A stretch of 64,000 bases of DNA from Escherichia coli. GTDB lineage: Bacteria > Pseudomonadota > Gammaproteobacteria > Enterobacterales > Enterobacteriaceae. The notes beneath the pieces were generated by a model that ran no database searches, was not told the DNA's origin, and saw nothing but the letters and a program-made list of their open reading frames with translations. Shown here in pieces: positions 10,802 through 21,890 of this stretch (its first letter is position 1; each line of letters opens with the position of its first letter). The DNA lies in NCBI RefSeq assembly GCF_050920415.1, contig NZ_CP169309.1; one strand, given 5' to 3'. A program made the translations under genes and the position numbers.

Positions 10802-13438
10802 TTAACGACATTCAGCTGATAGCTGGGTTAATAACTGCTGCTGACTCTCTGGTGGCAGTTGATAATTGGCGACACAGTGAGCATTTTCCTCTTCTCCCCA
10901 TTTCACCTGAACTTTTCCCGCTAAAGGCATCCCGCTGAGATAAACCTGACCATTATCCGCAACAATGCCGCTACTCTGGCTACTCTCTGATGTGACCATC
11001 GCCCCAAACGGCAGCGGCTTATTATTATGGGTTAGCGTCATGAGCAGTTTTATCCCAACACGCGCTTTAAACTCTGCTCGCACAATTGCCCCACGGGTGG
11101 GAACAACGTTAGCGACCGCGTTATCTAAATCGACGTTATCAGCCAGGGTATTGGTATCCAGCGCCACTCTATTTTCCCGATATTCTGTGGCATAAGGCAG
11201 CACGGCATAGCCGCGCCAGTCGGTACGCACCCCCGTCTGGTTTTCAACTTTTGCATCTTTTGCGCCAGGCGCTTTAACAAGCACCACCGTATCGTTTAAC
11301 GGCTGCCCCAGCGTTACGCCATTGGCATGAGCCAATACCCCACCGCTGATTCCGTAATAGAGCTGCTTAATATCATCGCTATGGCTGTAACCAATGTTGG
11401 CATTGCCGTAGCCACCGCGATAATTCAGCGCGGCGTAGCCTGTACTTCCGCTATTTCCATCGCCTCCCCCGGCATAGCCGGTTTGCACGCTATAACTGAG
11501 GTTGTTGTCTTCCAGCAACGTACCGTATACACCGGCCAGATTGGTCATCCGACCGTTGAGATCGTGTGACATGCTGTAGCTGGCACTGGCATGTCGCCAC
11601 TGAGATTTACTGTCAGAACGCAGCCAGTGGCTGAAAGGAATATTGATGTTAAGAGCCAACATCTGATCCCGTCCTTTTTGCCACGCGTTTTTCGTCAGGC
11701 TATAGCTGAGCGTCCAGTTGATATCTTCGAAAGCAGTATTTAATCCAGCCTGGAATTGCTCATCGACATTACTCGTTCCCCAATAAGTTTGATGGCTACC
11801 ACTCAAATACAGTGTTGATGTGCGTCCGAGTTGCTGAGTAACAGTGAGCTGTAATTTCCCGCGTTTGTTATAAGCGAGATTGTAATAGTCGGTAAATTTC
11901 GGCTTAACCTGAATAACACCATCCTGTGTTTCGATGTTGTAGCCACTCATTCGGCTGTATGTTGTATCAGCGAAATTAAAATACCCGCTGGTCGAGTAAC
12001 GGTAACCCACTAACTGAAAATTCGTACCTGACTCATTGAGCGATTTGTTATAGAGAAAACGCACCGATTGACCGTCATGCTGACTGTCATCAGGAAGTGT
12101 GGAATTAGCCTGCGTCATATCCACGGACAGAGCGCCCAGTGCCCCCATGTTTTTCCCGATACCGAAATTAAAAGCGCGATAACGATCCGCCAGTTGCGTT
12201 CCACCATATATTGTCCAGCCAGCCGGAAGGCCGTGGAGTAATGTACTCTGGAAAAAACGGGGTTTATCCTGTTGCGCATTTCCACTACGGTATTCTCCAG
12301 CCGTAATGGAATAACGAGTATGCCCTTCACGTTGCAAAAGCGGGACTGACGAATAGGGTACGGTAAAGATCTGCGTGCTACCGTCAGCCTCTTTAATCGT
12401 TACCTGCAAGTCACCACTATTACCTGCGGCATAGATATCGTTGATGGTAAAAGGCCCCGGTGGCACCGTACTATTATAAATGTCATACCCATTTTGTTTA
12501 ATAGTGACCTGTGCAGTACCACGCGCAATACCGTGGATCACCGGGGCAAATCCTCTTTGGCTATCGGGTAACATATTGTCATCTGAGGCCAATTGTGCGC
12601 CGCGAAAGTTAATACCATCGAAAATATCGCCCTGAGTATAACCATCACCCAGCGTCAGCCGGGAACGTAACGGAATTATGTCTCGCTCAAGCCAGGTATT
12701 GATATGTTGCCATTTATTTTTGCTACCTGATGAACTGTCGCTACTGTTATAACTCCAGGTGGTATTGTCGCGTAAACGCCATGCACCAATATTTAACCCA
12801 CTCTGTAGGTTTAAATATGCATAATGGCTGTTACCACCAATCCGATTCTGTACACTATTTCCGCTGAAATTATAATTGAGCAATCCGGCATTAATACCGG
12901 GGTCCCATAACTCTGGAGGAATATAACCACGCGCGCGATTACTCATAAATGCCTGAGGGATCGTCAGGTTGAGTCGCTGCTGACCAACATCTAAATGCGC
13001 AGTAGCGTCATGGATCATTGTGGTTAATGGCACGCAGGCATCATCCGCCAGCAAATTCATACCGGAGACAGAAGCCGTATTCAGCCCCATACTGGCAAGT
13101 TGAGCGCGCGTCAGGCAGGGAACAATCCCTTGTTCACTGTCGCCCGTATTAAAGGTGACATCACGCGTTGCCATATAACCATTATTCAAATAGATATCGA
13201 CGCGATACGTCCCAGGTGGTAATTCTTGACCATTCTCAAAACGCGATAAATCAGCCACAGCCTGGGGATCATCCGCTAAAAAACGCGGGTTAAAATAGAG
13301 TTCGGCAGATGACAAAGGTGCCTGTGTGGCAAAAACACAGGCAACAGAGAGCCGAACAAAAAAACCAGCCAGACGAGGCTTACGAATATGCAAGCATTGT
13401 GTGTTTCGCTGGTAAAGTCTTAAATTCAGATATGACAT
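10802..13438 (-). CDS. fimD: Outer-membrane fimbrial usher FimD
   Basis: 878-aa ORF, usher-like, in the canonical fim position. Confidence 0.95.
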   Translation of the reverse strand: MSYLNLRLYQRNTQCLHIRKPRLAGFFVRLSVACVFATQAPLSSAELYFNPRFLADDPQAVADLSRFENGQELPPGTYRVDIYLNNGYMATRDVTFNTGDSEQGIVPCLTRAQLASMGLNTASVSGMNLLADDACVPLTTMIHDATAHLDVGQQRLNLTIPQAFMSNRARGYIPPELWDPGINAGLLNYNFSGNSVQNRIGGNSHYAYLNLQSGLNIGAWRLRDNTTWSYNSSDSSSGSKNKWQHINTWLERDIIPLRSRLTLGDGYTQGDIFDGINFRGAQLASDDNMLPDSQRGFAPVIHGIARGTAQVTIKQNGYDIYNSTVPPGPFTINDIYAAGNSGDLQVTIKEADGSTQIFTVPYSSVPLLQREGHTRYSITAGEYRSGNAQQDKPRFFQSTLLHGLPAGWTIYGGTQLADRYRAFNFGIGKNMGALGALSVDMTQANSTLPDDSQHDGQSVRFLYNKSLNESGTNFQLVGYRYSTSGYFNFADTTYSRMSGYNIETQDGVIQVKPKFTDYYNLAYNKRGKLQLTVTQQLGRTSTLYLSGSHQTYWGTSNVDEQFQAGLNTAFEDINWTLSYSLTKNAWQKGRDQMLALNINIPFSHWLRSDSKSQWRHASASYSMSHDLNGRMTNLAGVYGTLLEDNNLSYSVQTGYAGGGDGNSGSTGYAALNYRGGYGNANIGYSHSDDIKQLYYGISGGVLAHANGVTLGQPLNDTVVLVKAPGAKDAKVENQTGVRTDWRGYAVLPYATEYRENRVALDTNTLADNVDLDNAVANVVPTRGAIVRAEFKARVGIKLLMTLTHNNKPLPFGAMVTSESSQSSGIVADNGQVYLSGMPLAGKVQVKWGEEENAHCVANYQLPPESQQQLLTQLSAECR

Positions 13439-13504
13439 TATTCCTCCGGTTTAAAATTACCCGGCAGTCAATTCTTTTTATTCAGGCGAAAAATTCCCCC
13501 TGCG

Positions 13505-14230
13505 TTATACCATTACGCCCGTCATTTTTGGAGTAAGTGCGCCATAATCATTTATTGTTCGGTAAGTAATGTTGCTTCCTGCATCAGAAGGTAATTTAAC
13601 TGTGCTTTCGCCCATTGGAGGCACCAATGCATTTTCAAGAACCCGAGTTCCGGCATTCAACTCTGTTACCGTCAGGTAATAGGGTGTCGGGTTAATCAGC
13701 GTCAGAGAATTCGCGCTACGACGAAATCTTAACTTTTCTGCGGCCTGATCGGGTGGCAACGCTAATTTAGCCGGGCGATAGTACAATTTAATGCGGCTGA
13801 TAATTGCGAGCTGTAGCGTATTCTCAGTCAATTTTGATTTATCCATTGACGGAATCGCTTTAACGTTCATCCAGAATAAACTTTCCCGGTCCTGTGGCAA
13901 TTGGTTATTTGTTGCATCAAGAATACGCAAGGTATTCTCTTTTTTTCCCTTCATCGCAAACAGAGGTGGTGTCACGATAAAACGACCATCCTTTACACCA
14001 TCGGCATTTTCTACCCATGATTGAATTAAATAGGTGCTATTTTCATCATTATTTGTCACGGCAAGTTGTACTTGTTTTTGCCCTGCCGGATAAATAACGC
14101 GAGTCGCACCTAAGGCCACTCCTGCTTCCGCGCGTCCGGCAGCCATCATTGCCATGATCATCAGGATACCTGCCAGCAAGCAGAATGTTATTTCCTGCAA
14201 TTTCCTTACATTGACGTTTTTATTACTCAC
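13505..14230 (-). CDS. fimC: Periplasmic fimbrial chaperone FimC
   Basis: 241-aa ORF with signal peptide and PapD-like chaperone sequence. Confidence 0.95.
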   Translation of the reverse strand: MSNKNVNVRKLQEITFCLLAGILMIMAMMAAGRAEAGVALGATRVIYPAGQKQVQLAVTNNDENSTYLIQSWVENADGVKDGRFIVTPPLFAMKGKKENTLRILDATNNQLPQDRESLFWMNVKAIPSMDKSKLTENTLQLAIISRIKLYYRPAKLALPPDQAAEKLRFRRSANSLTLINPTPYYLTVTELNAGTRVLENALVPPMGESTVKLPSDAGSNITYRTINDYGALTPKMTGVMV

Positions 14231-14266
14231 TGTCCTGTTCCTGTTATCACATTATCTGCTGAACAA

Positions 14267-14806
14267 TTACTGATAGGTTAAAGAGAACCAGGCCTGAGCA
14301 TTGGCGATGCCGCCAGTAACCCGACGCCCGGTAGCACGATATTTGGCGATGAAATGTAACGAAGTAGAGCCTGAGTAAAGCCGTTTCCAGTTTGCTGGAG
14401 GACGATTAATCGGTACAAGGTTTCCTTCATCATCAAACAACGCTACGCCAATATTGGTGGCAATCCCTGGCCCCTCTCCCACGGAAAGCACATCCGGATT
14501 TTTACCATCCGCGACACCGTGAAACGCCACACCCACACGTTCACTCACCACCGTGCTACATTCCCGTAAATGAATAACAAAAGGCACCGGTGCGCTATCT
14601 TCCCCAACCGCATGAAACCGGTTACTGCTGATTTGCCCCATATTGACCGTCATTTGTTTATCACCAGCTTCAATCCGGCAAGCTTCTGCAATAATGACGC
14701 CCTGAAATTGCATATTTCCGCCGGGCAACGTGGTGTTCCATTTATTTCCGGCCAGAGCAAACATTGGCAGCAACGACGCTAATAGAAATAATCTCTTCCT
14801 TTTCAT
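14267..14806 (-). CDS. fimI: Fimbrin-like protein FimI
   Basis: Track ORF extends upstream; start taken at [20 protein letters not shown] (179 aa); pilin-like C-terminus ...AWFSLTYQ. Confidence 0.8.
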   Translation of the reverse strand: MKRKRLFLLASLLPMFALAGNKWNTTLPGGNMQFQGVIIAEACRIEAGDKQMTVNMGQISSNRFHAVGEDSAPVPFVIHLRECSTVVSERVGVAFHGVADGKNPDVLSVGEGPGIATNIGVALFDDEGNLVPINRPPANWKRLYSGSTSLHFIAKYRATGRRVTGGIANAQAWFSLTYQ

Positions 14807-14870
14807 CGTTATTTTTATCGCACAAGGGTGGGCATCCCTGCCCGTAAAGACGTCCCTGAACCTGGGTAGG

Positions 14871-15419
14871 TTATTGATACTGAACCTTGAAGGTCGCATC
14901 CGCATTAGCAGCACCTGGGGTTGCGGCACCGGTTGCAAAGTAACGCGCCTGGAACGGAATGGTGTTAGTACCGTTATTCAGGGTTGTTTGTGCACTAAAT
15001 GTCGCACCGTCCAGCGCCAGCGCAGCACCGGTTCTGTCCAGAATTTGCACACCAACGTTTGTTGCGCTACCTGTAGCAGAACTCTGCAGAGCCAGTACAT
15101 CAGTATGCGTAGCATCAATTGCCGTACCTAAGAAGGCAACAGCGGCTTTTGTAGCAACAGTGGTATCGCAATCATTCAGCTGAATGTTAAAACCAACGGC
15201 AGAGCTGGTTGCTCCAGTCTGCTTCAGGCTAGCGGTACGAACCTGTCCTAACTGAACGGTTTGATCAACAGAGCCTGCATCAACTGCGCAAGCGGCGTTA
15301 ACAACTTCCCCTTTGAAGTGAACGGTCCCACCATTTACCGTCGTAGTATCGGCCAGAGCCGCTGCGGAACTGAGGGACAGAGCCGACAGAACAACGATCG
15401 CCAAAGTTTTAATTTTCAT
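14871..15419 (-). CDS. fimA: Type 1 fimbrial major subunit FimA
   Basis: Start at [23 protein letters not shown] (182 aa) rather than the upstream non-ATG of the track ORF; C-terminal ...ATFKVQYQ. Confidence 0.95.
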   Translation of the reverse strand: MKIKTLAIVVLSALSLSSAAALADTTTVNGGTVHFKGEVVNAACAVDAGSVDQTVQLGQVRTASLKQTGATSSAVGFNIQLNDCDTTVATKAAVAFLGTAIDATHTDVLALQSSATGSATNVGVQILDRTGAALALDGATFSAQTTLNNGTNTIPFQARYFATGAATPGAANADATFKVQYQ

Positions 15420-15537
15420 GCTGCTTTCCTTTAAAAAAACTGTTTCTAAATCGACATGGGCAGTCGTTCTGTACACTTTGTTTTGAAACGAATTGGACTG
15501 CCAACACTGCACAGTTCTTCCCCAAAAGATGAAACAT

Positions 15538-15851
15538 TTGGGGCCATTTTGACTCATAGAGGAAAGCATTACGCACGAACTTTCTTAGTTTATTATTTGG
15601 ATTTATATTCTATTAATACATTCTTTTATAGATTTTCATATTGAACACGGTGGTTTTTGGAGAGATGAATGAGGAAGTTGCTTCGAGACACAGAAACGTT
15701 AACTTTACCTATAGCGGAGGTGATGTGAAATTAATTTATAAGAGAAACAATTTACATATCAAACAGTTAGTTGCTTTATATCGTTTTTTTATATTTTTAT
15801 GCTTGAGAACAAATACAAAACTTTTTTATGATATGGACAGTTTGGCCCCAA
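15538..15851. promoter_or_regulatory. fimS: fimS invertible phase-variation switch (314 bp) bounded by 9-bp inverted repeats; carries the fimA promoter
   Basis: ttggggcca at 15538-15546 and its exact reverse complement tggccccaa at 15843-15851, 314 bp end to end, lying between fimE and fimA. Confidence 0.85.
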
Positions 15852-15898
15852 TTGTCTTATATTTCTTTATCTTTTCATATTATTATCAATAAGTTACA

Positions 15899-16495
15899 TC
15901 AGGCATCTTCTCTTTTTAATTTTTCGTTTATGAGATTATTTCTTTCCCATAATCCGGCAAAACGTGCAGCATTACTGGCGGTATAACGCACAGTATGGCG
16001 AATATTTCGATGCCCGAGATAATCCTGAATTAAACGGGTATCTGCACCACGCTCCGCCAGTTCATAACCGCAAGCATGCCTTAACATATGAGGATGAGTC
16101 TGCGTCACGGTTCCAGCTTCAATACCGGCATCGCGAATAATGCGATAGGCCTGCTGGCGAGAAAGTCGACTCCCGCGGCGAGAAATAAATATGGCGTCGG
16201 TCTGGTCAGCGCCTTTCCAGTTAGTACGTTCCTGGGTCCAGCGCTCCACAGCTTCACGCTCATCAAAACGTAACGGGTGAACGGTAGAAAATCCGTTCTT
16301 CAGTCGGCGGATATTTATTCGACCTTCGTTAAGGTCAAGATCCTGATAATGCAGATCAAGCAGTTCACTAATACGCATCCCATGCCGATATGCCAACAAA
16401 ATTAGGCAATAATCTCTGGCTCCCGTTGCCCCGTAACAAACCGCCTGCATCATGTCCTGAACTTCTTTACCGGTAAGATAACGACGTTTACTCAC
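15899..16495 (-). CDS. fimE: Tyrosine site-specific recombinase FimE (ON-to-OFF inversion of fimS)
   Basis: 198-aa ORF with integrase-family catalytic residues (HPHMLRHACGY...LGHRNIRHTVRYT); the recombinase gene nearest fimS. Confidence 0.95.
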   Translation of the reverse strand: MSKRRYLTGKEVQDMMQAVCYGATGARDYCLILLAYRHGMRISELLDLHYQDLDLNEGRINIRRLKNGFSTVHPLRFDEREAVERWTQERTNWKGADQTDAIFISRRGSRLSRQQAYRIIRDAGIEAGTVTQTHPHMLRHACGYELAERGADTRLIQDYLGHRNIRHTVRYTASNAARFAGLWERNNLINEKLKREDA

Positions 16496-16972
16496 AATAG
16501 TAGTACTCCTGACTGAGATATATTTGAATGAATACCTATAGGAAACCTCGATCGGTTAAAATTAGCCCAATAGATAAAAAGATAACCACACAGGAAGTTA
16601 TGTGGCTATCAGTCAATTACATTAAATATCATACAAAAATAAAATATCACTGATGTGACAACATCTATTTTCATTGATTTGATTCAATATAACAATAGAT
16701 TGCAGCGGATTAACTTCCAGTTGCTTAAAAAATAAAGAAAAAAGTGCAGAAACAGGAGAACTTGAGTGATGTGTAAATTTATGAATGATTTTGTTTATTT
16801 ATTTTGAAGAACATAAACCATTGTATTTTGTATGGATATGGTTAACTTAATGTTTATTATGATAATTAAGGATCACACTTACAATAACATCAATTAATAA
16901 ATGGTTAATCATTTTTGATATATCGTAAGAATAATGTATTTTTTAACACCATCCCTGGTATCTCATCTATCT

Positions 16973-17575
16973 CTATAAAACAGCGTGATGCTGTCGTCCT
17001 CTGGCTCTATCCCAGATGCCGTAAAAACGCCCTGCATTGCTGGCGGTATACCAGACAGTATGACGAATATTGCGATGCCCAAGATAATCCTGGATAAGTC
17101 GTGTATCTATTCCCATATTCGCCAAAGCAAAACCACACGAATGGCGTAACATATGCGGATGAATCTCCAGTGATAACCCAGCATTACCACCAGAAGTCGA
17201 GATAATATGGTAAAACTGTTGCCGAGAAAGCGGGTTCCCCTTACGTGATAAAAATACCCACTCGCTCTCAGCATGCGGATAAGAAGTACGTATACTCAAC
17301 CAGTTTTTTAAAGCCTGAACTTCTTTGTTCAATAGCGGGTGCGTTGTTGAAAAGCCTTTTTTTAATCGATGGATATATATACACTTTGCCTTAAGATCAA
17401 TATCCGAAATCCTCAATCGACAAATTTCACTCGCCCGGAAACCATGAATAAAACAAAGCAAAGTCAGACAATAATTACGTGCTGCATGAGGCCCGGTATT
17501 TGCTGCTTTAAGGAGTGACTCGATTTCACTATGGGTCAGGAAGTTCCTTTTTTTGTTATCAGCCTTATTCTTCAT
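16973..17575 (-). CDS. fimB: Tyrosine site-specific recombinase FimB (bidirectional inversion of fimS)
   Basis: 200-aa paralogue of FimE (HPHMLRHSCGF...LGHRNIRHTVWYT), upstream of fimE. Confidence 0.95.
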   Translation of the reverse strand: MKNKADNKKRNFLTHSEIESLLKAANTGPHAARNYCLTLLCFIHGFRASEICRLRISDIDLKAKCIYIHRLKKGFSTTHPLLNKEVQALKNWLSIRTSYPHAESEWVFLSRKGNPLSRQQFYHIISTSGGNAGLSLEIHPHMLRHSCGFALANMGIDTRLIQDYLGHRNIRHTVWYTASNAGRFYGIWDRARGRQHHAVL

Positions 17576-19002
17576 CGTTTTCCCTTATAATTACAGACGC
17601 GCACTAGCTGTGCTGGGTTAGCAATAATCCAACATTTTAATCCTGATTATGTTTATAAAAGCGAACGTTTGCTTAATAACTAACGTAAGTGGACCAGTTC
17701 TTCTGAGTGAACTTAAATGGAGTAGCGATAGTTACTTATAATAACTTTGCCATACAAACGCCATGCTCTTGCATGCTATGTACCTTTATATATTTATCAA
17801 TCTGATACGAATCTAATAATAACCCTCATCATTAATGCAACTAATCTTATCTATATATCATGTGATATGTTCTGTAACAAGTAAAATCAACATAAAAAAT
17901 TCAGCAAAATTTAATATTCGTTCAACTAGCCGTCTCACATATGACATTATTAGTCAACTGCATTTGCCACAAGATGGCTATTTCATGGAACGCAGTAATT
18001 TCTTAGCGTCTATTATCATGCTAATTCTTAGGTCCCTAGCGATTATTCCAGCCTGGTTCGTCAGCTTACGCCATGAGATTGCTACATTCCTTTTTATCAT
18101 GGAGATATGGGGGAAAGCAGGCGACGCTTTTTCATCTACATTCATTGGTAAATATGGCTTTGGTCACTACGCCTTAAACCTTCTTCAATCACAGCTATTC
18201 GCCGGGCGATACGGCAAACAAACTAAGTGAAGCATCATCCTGAAAACACCAATGCGTACTGAACATCAACAAGCCTCTCCTGATCGACTTCAGAAGTGAC
18301 CAGTTACAAGCCACAAACCTGGAAACATATTTCATGATGAGAATTATGCTCAGCCTGATGGCGGGTAAACACTTATTTTCACCACGCTCACTGAGTTAGC
18401 CAGCAAAGGCCTCTTGTTTAGAGAGCAAATAAATTACATATAAAACAAATAGTTAATCAAATATCTTTGATTTGTGAAGGCCATCGTAAGTGTTCGTCTG
18501 ACTTCACATGGCATCTTCTTCATAGAAAAATATAGACATATTTTGTGACACGAATTGCAAATCTGGTTTTGTTATATGGATTGTGTGATTTTTGATCTGG
18601 TATAACAGGTATAAAGGTGTACCGCAGTAGTCAATGAGACTGAGCATCTCGCAATCTATGACAAACATCACTTCAGTCTGAAAGGAATATGAAAATGAGA
18701 TCAACAGACACTCTATTTTATGACTCTGGATAAAATGGATTGAGTAAGTGATATAGCTTACGAACATTCAAATCAATTAAACATCAGAAGAGATTTTATA
18801 CTCAGGTATTTAATCTGGTTCTCTGTTTATTTAAATAATGTGGAAGATAATTTTCACAGGAGACCTTATACAAAAAATATAAAATACAGCTACCAGTTAC
18901 CAAAGACACTATAAGCCTGGCAAAAAATATTACACAACATAAATGCTAATTGTTTATGCGGGCTTTGTATTGCTTTCTGTATCCTACAAATGAGTGAAAT
19001 TT

Positions 19003-19719
19003 ATGAAAAAGGCTAAAATACTTTCTGGCGTATTATTACTGTGCTTTTCGTCACCATTAATTTCTCAAGCTGCGACACTAGACGTACGTGGTGGATATCG
19101 TAGTGGAAGCCACGCCTATGAGACTCGACTCAAAGTCAGTGAGGGATGGCAAAATGGATGGTGGGCAAGTATGGAAAGTAATACCTGGAATACCATTCAT
19201 GATAATAAAAAGGAAAATGCCGCACTCAATGATGTTCAGGTTGAAGTTAATTACGCGATTAAACTTGATGATCAATGGACGGTGCGCCCGGGAATGTTAA
19301 CGCATTTTAGCAGCAACGGCACACGCTACGGACCCTACGTAAAACTGTCCTGGGACGCGACAAAAGATCTTAATTTTGGCATTCGCTATCGTTACGACTG
19401 GAAAGCTTACCGACAACAAGACTTATCCGGTGAGATGTCTCGTGATAACGTTCATCGTTGGGATGGATATGTCACTTACCATATTAATAGTGATTTCACC
19501 TTCGCATGGCAAACGACGCTATACAGCAAACAAAACGATTATCGCTATGCAAACCATAAGAAATGGGCGACGGAAAATGCATTTGTTCTACAATACCATA
19601 TGACGCCTGATATTACGCCATACATAGAATATGACTACCTTGACCGTCAGGGTGTTTATAACGGCAGAGATAATTTATCAGAAAACAGTTATCGCATTGG
19701 TGTGTCATTTAAACTGTAG
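19003..19719 (+). CDS. nanC: KdgM-family outer-membrane channel for N-acetylneuraminic acid
   Basis: 238-aa ORF from MKKAKILSGVLLLCFSSPLISQA with a beta-barrel-like alternating pattern and C-terminal ...YRIGVSFKL. Confidence 0.85.
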   Translation: MKKAKILSGVLLLCFSSPLISQAATLDVRGGYRSGSHAYETRLKVSEGWQNGWWASMESNTWNTIHDNKKENAALNDVQVEVNYAIKLDDQWTVRPGMLTHFSSNGTRYGPYVKLSWDATKDLNFGIRYRYDWKAYRQQDLSGEMSRDNVHRWDGYVTYHINSDFTFAWQTTLYSKQNDYRYANHKKWATENAFVLQYHMTPDITPYIEYDYLDRQGVYNGRDNLSENSYRIGVSFKL

Positions 19720-19738
19720 TAGACAGGAGACAGTCACA

Positions 19739-20845
19739 ATGAATAAAACAATAACGGCGCTTGCTATCATGATGGCTTCATTTGCCGCAAACGCGTCTGT
19801 ATTACCGGAAACTCCGGTGCCATTTAAAAGTGGTACCGGAGCAATTGATAACGACACTGTCTACATTGGTTTAGGTAGCGCAGGTACGGCATGGTACAAG
19901 CTGGATACACAGGCCAAAGATAAAAAATGGATAGCGTTAGCTGCATTCCCTGATGGGGCGAGAGATCAAGCAACCTCTGCATTTATTGATGGCAATCTGT
20001 ACGTATTTGGCGGCATTGGCAAAAACAGCGAAGGCTTGACTCAGGTATTTAATGACGTACACAAATACAACCCCAAAACCAATAGCTGGGTTAAATTGAT
20101 GTCGCACGCGCCGATGGGCATGGCGGGCCATGTGACTTTTGTACACAACGGCAAGGCTTATGTTACTGGCGGTGTTAACCAGAATATCTTCAATGGCTAT
20201 TTTGAAGATCTCAACGAAGCTGGAAAAGATTCAACCGCTATAGATAAAATCAACGCCCACTATTTTGACAAAAAAGCAGAAGATTATTTCTTCAATAAGT
20301 TTCTGTTGTCTTTTGATCCCTCAACACAGCAATGGAGTTACGCTGGCGAATCTCCCTGGTACGGGACGGCTGGTGCAGCGGTTGTGAATAAAGGCGATAA
20401 AACCTGGCTTATTAATGGTGAAGCCAAACCAGGACTACGAACGGATGCCGTATTTGAACTTGATTTCACCGGTAATAATTTGAAATGGAATAAACTTGCT
20501 CCCGTCTCATCACCAGATGGCGTCGCTGGCGGTTTTGCAGGCATGAGCAATGACTCACTTATATTTGCCGGAGGGGCCGGATTCAAAGGTTCACGGGAAA
20601 ATTACCAAAACGGTAAGAACTATGCGCATGAAGGCCTGAAAAAATCATATAGCGCTGATATTCATCTTTGGCATAACGGGAAATGGGATAAATCGGGCGA
20701 ATTATCGCAAGGTCGGGCCTACGGAGTATCATTGCCCTGGAATAATAGTTTATTGATTATTGGCGGTGAAACTGCAGGCGGCAAAGCGGTAACGGATTCA
20801 GTATTGATCTCTGTGAAGGATAATAAAGTCACAGTGCAAAACTAA
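19739..20845 (+). CDS. nanM: N-acetylneuraminate epimerase/mutarotase (Kelch-repeat protein)
   Basis: 368 aa from the internal Met MNKTITALAIMMASFAANA (signal peptide); repeated GG/GH Kelch-like blades; directly follows nanC. Confidence 0.85.
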   Translation: MNKTITALAIMMASFAANASVLPETPVPFKSGTGAIDNDTVYIGLGSAGTAWYKLDTQAKDKKWIALAAFPDGARDQATSAFIDGNLYVFGGIGKNSEGLTQVFNDVHKYNPKTNSWVKLMSHAPMGMAGHVTFVHNGKAYVTGGVNQNIFNGYFEDLNEAGKDSTAIDKINAHYFDKKAEDYFFNKFLLSFDPSTQQWSYAGESPWYGTAGAAVVNKGDKTWLINGEAKPGLRTDAVFELDFTGNNLKWNKLAPVSSPDGVAGGFAGMSNDSLIFAGGAGFKGSRENYQNGKNYAHEGLKKSYSADIHLWHNGKWDKSGELSQGRAYGVSLPWNNSLLIIGGETAGGKAVTDSVLISVKDNKVTVQN

Positions 20846-20909
20846 CGCTTCAGGGCCCCAGTAAAGGGGCCCTACTATCAATTTATCATTTCAATTACGC
20901 GAAAATTAT

Positions 20910-21890
20910 ATGAACGCAATAATATCGCCCGATTATTACTATGTTCTTACCGTTGCTGGTCTGTCTAATGCCATGGCGTATGGCGAAGGACTGCCATTAC
21001 CGGACAGGGAAGATACGCCTCATCCCAGAATTAAACAATTAGCGAGATTTGCGCATACGCATCCCGGAGGCCCGTCATGTCACTTTAACGACATTATTCC
21101 ACTGACTCACTGCCCACACGATGTTCAGGATATGCAGGGTTATCACCATCCTCTGGCAACGAATCATCAAACACAGTACGGCACCGTTGGCCAGGCTCTG
21201 CATATTGCACGGAAATTACAGCCCTTTATTCCTGATAACGCGGGGGTTCTCATCGTTCCATGTTGCCGTGGCGGATCGGCTTTTACTGCGGGCAGCGAAG
21301 GGACATATTCAGAACGGCACGGAGCCAGCCATGATGCTTGTCGTTGGGGAACGGATACCCCTCTATACCAGGATTTAGTCAGCAGAACGCGAGCCGCACT
21401 GGCAAAAAATCCGCATAACAAATTCCTCGGCGTATGCTGGATGCAAGGCGAATTTGACTTAATGACAAGTGACTACGCGTCACACCCTCAACACTTTAAT
21501 CATATGGTTGAAGCCTTTCGTAGGGATCTAAAACAATACCATTCTCAGCTTAATAATATTACTGGCGCGCCGTGGTTTTGCGGCGATACCACCTGGTACT
21601 GGAAAGAAAGTTTCCCTCATGCGTATGAAGCTATTTATGGCAATTATCAAAATAATATTTTAGCCAATATTATTTTCATCGACTTCCAGCAACAAGGTGA
21701 AAGAGGGCTGACGAACGCGCCTGATGAAGATCCGGACGATTTAAGCACGGGATATTTCGGTTCAGCGTACCGGTCACCGGAGAACTGGACGACGGCACTG
21801 CGAAGCAGTCATTTCAGCGCGGCAGCCCGTCGGGGGATTATTTCTGACAGGTTTGTAGAAGCAATTTTGCAGTTTTGGAGCGAAAGGTGA
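20910..21890 (+). CDS. nanS: 9-O-acetyl-N-acetylneuraminate esterase (YjhS)
   Basis: 326-aa ORF downstream of nanM in the same orientation. Confidence 0.8.
   Translation: MNAIISPDYYYVLTVAGLSNAMAYGEGLPLPDREDTPHPRIKQLARFAHTHPGGPSCHFNDIIPLTHCPHDVQDMQGYHHPLATNHQTQYGTVGQALHIARKLQPFIPDNAGVLIVPCCRGGSAFTAGSEGTYSERHGASHDACRWGTDTPLYQDLVSRTRAALAKNPHNKFLGVCWMQGEFDLMTSDYASHPQHFNHMVEAFRRDLKQYHSQLNNITGAPWFCGDTTWYWKESFPHAYEAIYGNYQNNILANIIFIDFQQQGERGLTNAPDEDPDDLSTGYFGSAYRSPENWTTALRSSHFSAAARRGIISDRFVEAILQFWSER

Noticed and set aside
17835-18230. 131-aa ORF in the fimB-nanC intergenic region
   Set aside because: No ribosome-binding site or recognisable motifs, and sits in a region known to be regulatory DNA; retained only as a remark in the findings.
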